Of a DNA stretch of 64,000 nt, positions 13,941 through 25,149 are shown piece by piece. Each line of letters begins with the position of its first letter. Positions within the stretch are counted from its first letter, which is position 1. Origin of the DNA: Azolla caroliniana (Eukaryota; Plantae; Polypodiophyta); contig JBHGNT010000013.1 of the NCBI GenBank assembly GCA_043228905.1, forward strand, positions 20,646,001 to 20,710,000, written 5' to 3'. The notes below the pieces were generated by a model. The model was not told where the DNA came from, ran no database searches, and saw only the letters and a program-made list of their open reading frames with translations. Both the position numbers and the translations under genes were made by a program.

Positions 13941-15361
13941 CTTTTTGTAACTTAAAAGACAGGAGAGTTCAAGAAATATTGCACATTCTTAAATCTCTTT
14001 GTACTTGTCGTACTTCCCGTGACTACCTTAATATTGTTTTCTTTCGACAAAAAAGAGAGATCCATAGATGGTTAGAAAAGGGAAATAACCAAAGAATGAC
14101 AGAAAACATAAAAGAAATAAAAAGTGATTAGGATTTTAATAGTCAAGGAAAAAGTTGACTCGTGAATAATGATCACAAAAGATCAAACTTTTAACAACAA
14201 ATTAGTGTTGGGTGAACGTAAACCTCTTGAGTTTAAGCTACAATTGGTCTTTTCAAGGACACTGAGCTCATACTAGAGATTAGTGCAAGGCTTAGAGTGA
14301 CGCGCTTAGCACTAATCCATTGGTAGATGGATAGAGAATATCAAGGAACTCTAAAGTCGAAAGAATGAGGAATAGAACCTTTGAGATGAGCTAGTTCATT
14401 AGCTTTTATACATCTCTACAACTTGGGTGCTTTTGTATTTTTCTTTTTAATAGTTAGGATTTTCTCTTCCTCCTAATGAATATGGTAATGTCAATGTTCA
14501 TACCATTAAAATGGGTTTTTGACCAACCATAGACTTTTATCAGTATTTCGTCACCAAGAAGTGCTCTACATACCTCTATGTATAATGTATGAGAGTAATG
14601 CACCATCAAGTACATTTACGTTTATTGTTGTGCATAAGGTGTCCCATGAGCTCAACAATGTGTACATGTGCGTCAAAACTTGCATATAATATTAGGGTCT
14701 AAGCTCAATTCCAACACTTTCAATTCATGCACAATGTTGTTAACCTCATATGCGTGTTTTGCTCAACGACCTCCTTCCAAGCATCATTGAATATTCTTCT
14801 AAAGGCTTTACTATTGAGAATACAAGGATTCTCTCTCCAAATTAAATCGCACCCTTCAAACGTAGTGAATGTACATAGTCGATGAGTGTTCATACTAGTC
14901 TGACCTAAATGGTCGTCCCCTCTAGTGTGCCCTATGTATAACACATCATTGGTGGATACTACATTCCCAGACCACGAGTTTCCTTGACTCTAAACCTTCG
15001 ATGTCTTTCCCTAGCTCTCTAAAGCCATGGAGTCATTACTTCTATCATGGTTCCACCATCCCTTCCATTTCTTTTGTGCATCCACATGTTGCCCATTTTG
15101 TTTCCTTTTCATACGTATGTGAGCCCTTGAATACACTTGTGTGTGCACTCATGTTTATACGCATCTAGAATGTTTTATTAAATTTTAGAAACTACATATA
15201 TGTAAGGCTTCCAAAGGTACACACACTCGTATACACATATTTTTATATGCATCGAAAGAAATAAATGTTCTTAGGTCTTGAAAAGTTATAACATGAGGAT
15301 GGATTTAACCAATAAGATTATGTTTATAGGCCCCAAGGAGTAGATGATCACCAAGTGGTTA

Positions 15362-16742
15362 TTAGAGTTGTATTGTGGCGGTAGAGGCATCGTATTGCGT
15401 ATTATTGTGATGCGATACATTGTTGCCATACTGGAAAGAGTGAACTTGTCCAGGCGCATCGTCAGCACCCCAGAGCGCATACGCCGCTTCACCGTGGGCA
15501 GCATCATCACCCATCAACAACTCCTCGTCAGACATCCGAAGCGGCATCACCGCCTTTATGCCCAAGCAAATGATGGATGTCACCACGACGTTCCACACGA
15601 CCACAAAAAGTGCGCCCACGAGCTGGCGCCCGACTTGGTCCCGTCCCTGTCCTCCATAGATTGATCCACGTGCACCCGTGACCGGCGCGAAGAAGCGGCA
15701 GAGTGTTGGGTGGGCGAAGAGACCGGTGAGGATGCCACCAAGGATGCCGGCCACGGCATGGGTGTGGAGCACCCCTAGCGTGTCGTCGACGTGTTGGAGG
15801 ATGTGAAGCTTCTTATGTAGCACCATCATTGTGAACCACGGTATGCTCCCGGACAAGACGCCCATTACGATGGCAGCCCAACCTTGCACCAAGCCTAGAA
15901 CCGAACCGAACCGAACCGAACCACAGTTATGTTACTCTTAATAGCTTGCTATATGTATACTATATATGTAAATATCTCAGACATGGAGATGGAGATGGAG
16001 ATGGAGATGGGAGATGGAGAAACAGAAACAGAAACAGAAACGTTGCTTTGTACCTGCGGCTGGAGTGATGCAGACGAGGCCCGTGGTCATGCCTTGCACT
16101 GCGCCGATAACAGAAGGCTTCCCCAAGATGATAATGTCCAGGGATATCCAGACCAGCAGGCTGGTGGCTGTGCAGACGTGGGTGTTGAGGATCGCCATGG
16201 ACGCGCTGAGGTTGGAGGCTAAAGCGCTTCCACCGTTGAAACCCGACCATCCCAGCCACAGGAGGCCGGCACCCGCCAGGGTCATCAGGATGTTGTTGGG
16301 CGGGAAATGGTCCTTGTCCTTCTTCAGCCGCGGCCCTACCTGCCACAAAAAAAAAACCACCTGATGCTGTCTACAGTGCACGATAGCCCCAGACTGGGAA
16401 ACTAAATTTCGGCCACATCATCAGCTACAAGGTGTGTGTTGGGGGGGAGGGATTCCTGTGTGTGTGTGTGTGTGTGTGGATGGATGTATGTATGTATGTA
16501 TGGATGGATGGATGGATGTATGCATGTATGTATGTATGTATGCATGTGTGTGTGTATGTATGCATGCATGTGTGTATGTATGTATGTATGTGATGGATGT
16601 ATGCATGTATGTGATGGATGTATGCATGTGTGTATGTATGTATGTATGTGTGTATGCATGTGAATGTGTATAGCAACTATGTATGGATGTATGTGTGTGT
16701 ATTTGGTGTGTGTGTATATGTATGGATGTATGTGTATGTATT

Positions 16743-16775
<33 letters not shown>

Positions 16776-17486
16776 ATGTATGTATGTATGTATGTATGTA
16801 TGTATGTCATATGTATGTATATGTGTGTGTGTATGTATGTATGTATGTATGTGGCAGTATGTGATTACCCAGTATGCGGCGACGTAGCCGGCAACTCCAG
16901 AGGAGACATGGATGACATAACCACCTGCGAAGTCCAGAACTCCCCAGTGGAAAAGGAATCCACCCCCCCAGAGGCTAAATGCACTTATGGTGTAGGAGAA
17001 TGTGAGCCAGAGTGGCACGAACAGCATCCACGCCTTGAAATTCATGCGGCCTAGCAGTGACCCTGCCAGGATGATGACGGTGATGGCTGCGAACACGAAC
17101 TGGAAGTACACTAAAGTGGCCATGGGGAAGGCAGGGGCGATCTCGGCCGTCTCGACGGCCCCCGAGGAGTCGAAATGGACCGACGACGGGATGTGTGCCT
17201 GACTGATCAGGTAGTCGACACCCAGTGCAGGCCCAGCTTTTCCCCATATGGGCAGGAGCTTCTCGCCGAAGGACATCTTGTAGGCCCATGTGACCCAACA
17301 CAGTAGAGTCGCGGCGAATGCGTAGAGGGCCATGAATGCGGAGTTGACAGCCCATTTCTTCTTGACGATGCTCCCATAGAGGATCACGAGCCCTGGCATG
17401 CTTTGCATTCCCACGATCGTGGCGGCCACCAGTTGCCATGCGTTGTCGCCCTTGTCCAGCCACACTGGCGAACTTGTAGTAGCCAT
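15362..17486 (-). CDS. AMT2: Ammonium transporter, AMT2/MEP family. Exons 17486-16869, 16339-16054, 15894-15362
   Basis: [61 protein letters not shown]...FPPNN, WSGFNGG and [14 protein letters not shown] (conserved His residues). GT-AG introns are in phase. Confidence 0.97.
16457..16852. repeat. Compound (TG)n/(TATG)n/(GATG)n microsatellite filling most of AMT2 intron 1
   Basis: Directly visible. It produces the spurious HT/YV/MC-rich ORFs in the track. Confidence 0.95.
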
Positions 17487-17617
17487 TGTTTCGTCTGATT
17501 TTTTTATTTTTTTTAACGGCCTCCCTTTGGATTTGATTTTTTCCTGGATAGGAGTGCGATGTATCACCACTGGATTCTGCAAACATAGATTATTCGATCA
17601 TAAATTCATTTCCCCCA

Positions 17618-17935
17618 GAAGAATTGGATTCCATGATGATGAATTTTTTATAATTGATTTGTCTTAACTGTTCTAGTTTTGGTCCTGTAACTAGTCAGTC
17701 ATCATCATTTAGATTACATGTCATAATTATTTAACATTATCAATCGACCTGACTAACCAAGAATTATCAGTAGCAAATGCTTTGATAATTCTCACTCTAG
17801 TTTAAAATACGAACATGATAAATGCTACATCAAGAATTGGATTCTACGATGATCAATTCTGATGGCTGATTTGTCTTAATTATTTTGTAATTAGCCATCA
17901 CCATTTGGATTACAGGCCATAGTAATTTATTTAGT
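17618..17935. repeat. Diverged direct repeat (about 110-bp blocks about 213 bp apart) upstream of AMT2
   Basis: AAGAATTGGATTC...GATGAT...TGATTTGTCTTAA...CATTT.GATTACA occurs at about 17619 and about 17832. Confidence 0.7.
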
Positions 17936-20027
17936 ATTGAGAATGCTGCCATAATTGATTAAAGTATATTGGGAATGCGCACCCAACTACATGTTAATCA
18001 CCTGAGTGGCAAGAAGTGAACAAGTGAAACCACCCTAATTAATTATCAGCCCTAATTAATTATCAACAACAATGAGAACAGACTGATTGTTTTAAAATCA
18101 TCCAAAGTTGAGTGGTTACAAACTCACACTTTTAGCTTTGGGCTGCACGAATTGATGTCTCCAATTTATCTCATGTCGTGCCAAGGTTATGGTCTGCGTT
18201 CACACATATAGTTTATATACATGAATGTATGTATGTATGCATATGCAGATCCAAGGGTCAACTTTGAAAAGCATGCATAAACCCCAATCCTAGAGATTCT
18301 CAAAACGTGTGAAAATGTCTCGCTAGCACACCCCGACGTGGCTCTATGGGCCATATTCTTGAACAACTGTGAATAAAGGCCACCGGCTTGATTTAGTGCT
18401 TTGAGAATGTGTGTGGCATTTAATAATACCAACCTAGCCTCTTGCCATTGGGGAGAGTTGAATAAAGCCCACTTGAGGTTGGGGTTTGAAAATTGAACAC
18501 TATAATACTAGCCTTAATATGTGGATTAGGATTATGCTTTTCTTCGAAACACATTTCCTAGAACAATCTTGATCCATCGATGACACACATTTCCTAAAAC
18601 AATGTTGATCCATCGATGGTCAATGATGAATGCTTCAACATGAATGCATTGATGAGAATATCATATTCTCAACTCCATTGGTCAATGATGAATGGTTCAT
18701 GATGGCACCATCGTGCCTTAATGTGATATGCATCCTTCCAAGTGTTAAGGTATGTGTGCCCATTTATCTCCATAGTTGATTACTCCCTAAGTTTTTCTTT
18801 AACCATATTTTCATTAAATATTTGAAATTTCCTTGAAATAATAATCTATGTGCACTAAATCCCACGATCCAAGAAAGTGTGTACATGTTTGTTGGCAAAA
18901 CTTCATATTCTCTAGTTTTGTTGGCCGTTGAGTAATACAACTTTGTAGGGTAGGCAATAGTTCTATGGTAGTCCTTCCTTATCAGTACAAAGTCATTTAT
19001 GAGAACTAAAAAGATTGCACAATTGCATCATGCTTTGGAGTCTCCATTACATGGTAGTTGGTGCTAGGTATGTTGTTTGGAATGCTATTGTTGATAATGC
19101 AATCAATATGATAAATTAATAACTATGCCTTTTATGAGTGTTATGAGTGTGTAGGAGACTTTTACACTCTCTCCAATGAGTGTTCACATAAAGTGTGGTT
19201 GGGCTTGACTTATCAACCATTTAACGTCACCAAATCAAGTGACACAAGCAAAATGCATTAACAAACTGTTCTAATGTGTTCGTTCAAACACATTGGTAAA
19301 TATATCAATGATTGGTGCGGATATGTTGGAAATTCGTGCTTCTCTCCATATTTGCCTATTGATAGTCTAATTAGAGATGGCAGTCCCAAAGCCTATGTGT
19401 AGGTTCCAAGTCCAATCTTCTGGGGTCATTATGCCTTGTAATTCTCCGTTGGAATATAGGAAACTTGAGTTTGTAGTTTAAAAAATGAAGGCCACATACT
19501 AGCCTTATCTTTGGAAAACTTGAACGTCGGCTAATTTCATGCTATGTATATACATTAGGTTTATGCATGATTGTCCGCTTATCTTTTATTTCATAGTATG
19601 ATGCCAATGTACGATGAATATTGTATCGTTTTGTCAACTCCACTACTTAATCATTAATGGCAGGTTGATAGTAATTGATAACATGACATGTAACATCTTT
19701 TAGAGAGTCACAAGACTCCAAATTTTCCTTCAACATTTACAAGTGGGTAAAATGTTCCAACTCGCTCATAAATCATATATTTTGTGAAAATGCCCATCCA
19801 AAACAAAACATTGCATATGCCATAATTTAAGAATAATATTACATATAATTAAGTATTGGTAATCTCTTTAACGGACAACATGACCAGTACATTTGTTGTG
19901 AGTTGTACAGCCACATTGTATATCCTTTTCTGTAAAAAGAACTCTCCTGACTAATGGGAAAGCAGCCCCTTTTTTTGGAATAAATAAATAATACATATAA
20001 TTATATAGTGAGCAACATTAGGGTCAA

Positions 20028-21918
20028 GATTTCACGTGCAAGCTACAACTTGCAACAACTTGCAATATCATGGGACATGCATTTTTCAGACATGCTACTC
20101 TTATTAGAATGACAATTTTCTAGATTCGTTGTAGATTTCTAAAATTTTTAAAAAATGTTAATTCTCCAAAAGCATAAATGCAAAACATTTCGTAAATCAC
20201 ATAATATTGTAAAAAATGACTCATTTTTTCATATCTTTCTACAATTGACACAAAATGTAAACTTTACTCAAATACTGAATAATACTAAACAAAGATAACG
20301 TGGTTCACCAATAAAAAATAGTAAACACAAAAACAACATAATATTATACATAGAAAGATGGTATTTTTGCACAAATATTATGAGATTTTCTTTTATTACT
20401 ATTATGTTGTTGTCGATGACCCAATTATTCTATTCTATGTTTCTTTCCAAGCTACAAAGCATTTGCCTCATATAATCTCTTCAAATGTAGTATTATTTGG
20501 TATATTGATACCCACAAACATCAATAAACGACCATCTAAGAACCTCTTTCGTAATTCACTACATGACTTTTGATAATATTGAAGGCAAATATCTTCTAAA
20601 TTTGGGTCCAACATGTAACAATGATGAAGTGAATATTCAAGAAACATATTGCATGGGAACTAATTCTCATATGATCCATTTATTTCTTATCTCATCTTAT
20701 TTTGTCATTTTAAGATTGATTTTGATATATTAAAATGTGCAAAGCTCCTTTGTCTAAAATCTTGTAATAAAGACTTGGCCAAATTAGATGTCTATATATG
20801 AGAATAGTTTTTTTTCCAAAAAAGGAGCTACTTTCCCATTAGTTAGGAGAGATTTTTACAGAAAGACTATACAATATGGCTTATATATAAATTGGGGAAT
20901 CAACCCCCGACGAGTTCAAGAATATGAGCCTACGTACATTTAATGTAAGTAGGTACCTAGAGCTACAATCATCGCCGGCCAATACAAGCTCAATCCTCCG
21001 GCCTTCAACGGAGGGAGGGTGGGAGGTGAGTAGGAAACAACCAACATGGGGGCGTGGTAGCTCCACCTCAGGCCGTTTCCTCCTTGTGTCACCATCGGCG
21101 TGTTATACGAGAATAGTTACTAGTGTTATGCACTCATTTTGGGAAGGATTTATGGGTATTGATTAAACAAGAATAAAGTAAAGGGAAAATACAATATTTT
21201 ATCATGAGGACTAGTTGTTTTAGAGATAAAAAAAACCATTCACGAGACTTGGAAAGATTATTGTCTCATGATAAATGGAACAAGCTTTTCCATGGATAAC
21301 AAAGCTTTCGAGGATGGGCCTTCATTTGCCAGTATCGTCAATTGCATGTGAAAGAAAGTTCGTTAATATGATTGCGGTCAAAAACAAATTTCCTAACACT
21401 CAATTTTTAAAAATTAAGTTTATTGATTTATGTGGAAATCAATACACTAAAAACAACCAAATCTGAAGAGATCTACACCTATAACATCATAATGTGGATC
21501 AATGAATATGTATATCATGGCATACGAACAAAAATACCATATTTCTACAATATTATATGGTTTAATGTAGTTAAACAATTTATTTATTTATTTGTTTGTT
21601 TTTTTTTTTTTGGGGGGGGGGGGGGGTTGGACTACGTTATCTTTATTTAAATGTTAGGGGGTTTGAGTAAATTATACATCTGTTTTTTTTTTTCCAAAAA
21701 ATTATACATCTGTTTTGATTATAGAATGCTACGGAAAGAATTATATATGTATATCACTTTTTCTATGATATGAAAATATCTACCATTTGTGAATTTGAAC
21801 AATTAACAATTCTTTTAGAATGTCAACGCACAACCAAGTTAGAATTTTTCCATGGCAATGAGACCAGCATATTTTTAAAATATGCATCCCGGAAATTGTA
21901 AATTGCACATCAAATCCT
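20028..21918 (+). mobile_element. Decayed hAT-superfamily DNA transposon remnant
   Basis: ORF 21275..21466, FPWITKLSRMGLHLPVSSIACERKFVNMIAVKNK, resembles the hAT C-terminal dimerisation motif. Degenerate inverted ends GATTTCACGTGCAA (about 20030) and TTGCACATCAAATC (about 21903). Confidence 0.55.
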
Positions 21919-22215
21919 AAAGATGGTGGTTGCTTCAAAAACTATTAATTCATTTTTTTGGTCCTATGTTCAATACGTATTTTGAAGTAATCAAAATTTC
22001 GCCACTATAATAACATAGTTCATATAATATTCAAATGATTTACTTTTTGTGCACTGGATCACAAGTTACAACATCATAATATGTAGGCTCTAGGATGTGG
22101 TGGATTATGGGTAAGTTGTTTGGAATGATACTATTGATAATAAATCAATATTAAAAATGAACATAGTGATAAATCTTTGATAAAATTGAGATTGTTATGC
22201 AACATAGTGAAGATT

Positions 22216-22270
<55 letters not shown>

Positions 22271-22458
22271 CAAAAGGAAAGATGATATTAAGCAAAATGA
22301 GGGTTAAACAAATAGCGAACGAATGAGTAACATTTTCATGGGGGTATTTGGTATATATTGGTCATCTTATGAATACTCTTATAGAATCATAATCCAATTA
22401 ATAATGATGGTAAATTAGAGGGAAATGTATATTACCTTTTCCAATCAAACACTCCAAG

Positions 22459-22693
22459 CATAGTATGTAATATACTCGAATGCATTGGCAAACATTCTTT
22501 TTTCATACAAATGCATTCTTATGTTTTTTTTTACACTTTTTACCTTTACTTTCTTACCTTATAATAAATCATGAATACAAAAGTACGGTATTTACCATAC
22601 TTTACTTCGAAGGTGTTTACCATACTCAAATGATTGAAACATTCTCATATGCGAATGCACGTACCATGTATGGTACGTATGGTTCATACTATG
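22459..22693. mobile_element. hAT-type MITE
   Basis: Perfect TIR CATAGTATG / CATACTATG. Flanks CTCCAA-G and CTCCAATG form an 8-bp TSD with one base lost. The termini resemble those of the hAT at 57138-59893. Confidence 0.75.
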
Positions 22694-22978
22694 CTCCAAT
22701 GGTTGTGTTCACAAATGAAGTGTGGTTAAGCTTGGCTTCACAATCATTGTCATGACAAGCTAGGATTTTCTACTCTCACTTTTGCATTCCCGATCAAGCT
22801 TGAAGATCGAGCGGATATAGGCCAAGTACCTCATAAATAATAAATACATTGGTAAAAGTTTGATGATTAGTGTAGATATACTAGAGATCTGCCTATTTTG
22901 AGTGGATAAGAGGTTTGTAATGGCCTTTAAGTTCCAAGGTTACTTATAGCTTCAAGTTCCACTCTAAGGGTTTGTCAT

Positions 22979-24580
22979 TGTTACGATGCTATAAAATAAA
23001 GAAACCGTTTACTTAATATAAATTAAAAAAAGAAGAGGAATCGTTTCAGTCATGAAGCGATCCCTATTCCTCATTCCTAGGTAGGCTATTTAATAAACCT
23101 CATCTTCCTGGAAAAGGGGGCCTCCCATTTTGGGAAGTAGAAATGTGCTCTCATTTTCAATAACTTTTAGTTATCATTCCATAAGTACTAGTTTTGTGAT
23201 TTCCTAAATTAACATAGCTTATCTCCTTTAATTTCTGTGTCTCAACCTTTACACTTGGTATCAGAGCGCAGTAAGATCCATAGGGCTAAGTTGCACAACG
23301 GAGGAAACAAAGGTGGAAGTGAATATTTCACACTCATGGCAGAAAGGAGAAGGAGAAAGGGTTTCAAATTAAGCGAGATGAATGAAGGGGCAGGGACCTC
23401 ACTGAGCGATACATTACAAGACAAAGTAGAGCAAGAAATCAAAGAAGTAGATCATTTAAGGAATCACGAGGAGCAAGTAAGGGAGAGATGGTTGAGAGAA
23501 GAGGAGGGATTAGGAGTAAACACAATAGAAACGCAAGTAAGAAGACACGAGGAAGGTAGACAAGGAAGATTGGAAAAATTGATCCAAAGAATGGAATTAG
23601 GCAATGGCGGAGATCGCCGCAACAACCTTGGTACATACAAACCAATCAAACCACGTACATATGCAGGAGAAAGGAACTCTATACACTTACAAGATGGATA
23701 AGGGAAACAGAGTTATTCCTGGTTCAAAGTCATGTAGAGCTAGAGCTATGGGTGATAGTGTCATCAAGTTTTCTAGATAGACTGACGCAACACTGGTATA
23801 TGTCTGAAGAAAGCACTCTCGAATTTGCTTCCTGGACAGAGTTCAAAAGAGAGTTGCGGTAGTATTTTATCCCCCCAGAACGACCACTTACGCCTTATGG
23901 ATGAGTGGAAGGCACTAAAGCAAGGAGAAGGCCAACTTACCATCTATAATGAGAAATGTTGTCAATTAGTATTACAGCTACCCCATCTACATCCAATCAC
24001 CAAGCTTCATGGGTTTGTGTCGGGCTTAAGACCATGTATTCGGATGGAGTTAGAGAAGATGAACCCACAATCATGTGAAGAAGCCATGCGAGTAGCAGAA
24101 CGAATTAGTGACATTGAGCAAATACACGCCCGACATATTGAAATCAACCAACTACCTTCAACAATAGAAGTTGGATGACAATGACGAACTCGATGGGGAG
24201 AGGATTAACTCGAGGAGAAGCATCTCAGAATCGATGGACGAGCAATATAGGACAAGGAGCACCATTGCTCAATAATACCCCGACATCATCATTCCGTGGT
24301 CTCGCGATGAGGAGAGGATGTTTCGAGTGCGGTGGTTTGCACCTTGCATTAGAATGCCAAAAAAAGAAACAATTTCAAGGGAGAGTTGCCTCTTCCTAAC
24401 TTGAGATAGCTGAGGACGAGGAAGGGACCAAGTGGGAAGCAGACGCGACGACAACTCAGTACGAGGATGACGTAGACGAAACCATAATTCGAGCTGGAGC
24501 AATTGGAGCACAACCTATCTAGCTCAATGCAAGGCTAACTTGCTTAGAGGGAATGGAACCACTAATGGGTTGCACAGATC
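22979..24580 (+). mobile_element. Truncated Ty3/gypsy-type element: probable 5' LTR (22979-23253), tRNA-Met PBS (23256-23267), disrupted gag
   Basis: TGTTAC...TTTACA is followed by TGGTATCAGAGC. Gag fragments include KPIKPRTYAGER, WKALKQG...FVSGLRPCIRMEL and the knuckle CFECGGLHLALEC. No pol or second LTR is visible. Confidence 0.75.
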
Positions 24581-25149
24581 TAGGGTTGTCCAACCAAACG
24601 GCTCCTATTTTGGCTAGACTCAGTTGTTTAACTCTTCTTCTAACTAACTAAGGACATCAAATTTGTTCGCTAGATTTGGTTTATTAGTACTATTAGGACT
24701 ATCAAATATTCCTACTAAAATAAACTCGGGTTTAGTACAATTAGAACTAGCAACTATTTGGTTTACCTGTCTTCTTGGCCTATGGGGACAATTTACTACA
24801 ATATGCCCTAGTCCACCGTGTTGTCCATAGGCCAAAAATATAAATACATTATGTAAACTTGCCGGTAGGTAGAATAGTAGGTGAGGAAATAGGTAGAACT
24901 AGAAATAGTCGAGTTTTTAGCCCTCACAATCAGCCGATGGCTCGGCTCTGTCTAAAGAGGAAAACTATATAACCCGAGACATGCATACCTCAAGGGGGGG
25001 GGATATAGATTATTTAGTAAGATTACTATCGTAGCACTGAGCTTTGCACAACCTGTTCCCGACCGAGCGCCGTGTACTGTAATCATTGTGAGCTTTTCAT
25101 TTAATATAAATCTCACTCTTACTGTTCCTTCATCTGTGTATTCCCCCGG

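Noticed and set aside
14500-15140. Possible decayed transposase fragments (also about 4400-5200, 5730-6350, 52250-52760)
   Set aside because: No recognisable motif by eye. A translated homology search is needed.
16402-16887. Cluster of His/Thr- and Met/Cys/Val/Tyr-rich ORFs (also at 51757-52094)
   Set aside because: They are translations of (TATG)n/(TG)n microsatellites in an intron or promoter.
15362-17486. Recent horizontal transfer or bacterial contamination of the ammonium transporter
   Set aside because: It has spliceosomal introns and typical plant AMT2 motifs, and is embedded in plant repeats.
17487-17582. 32-residue N-terminal extension of AMT2 in the ORF track
   Set aside because: It relies on a non-ATG start. 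Family similarity begins just after the ATG at 17486.
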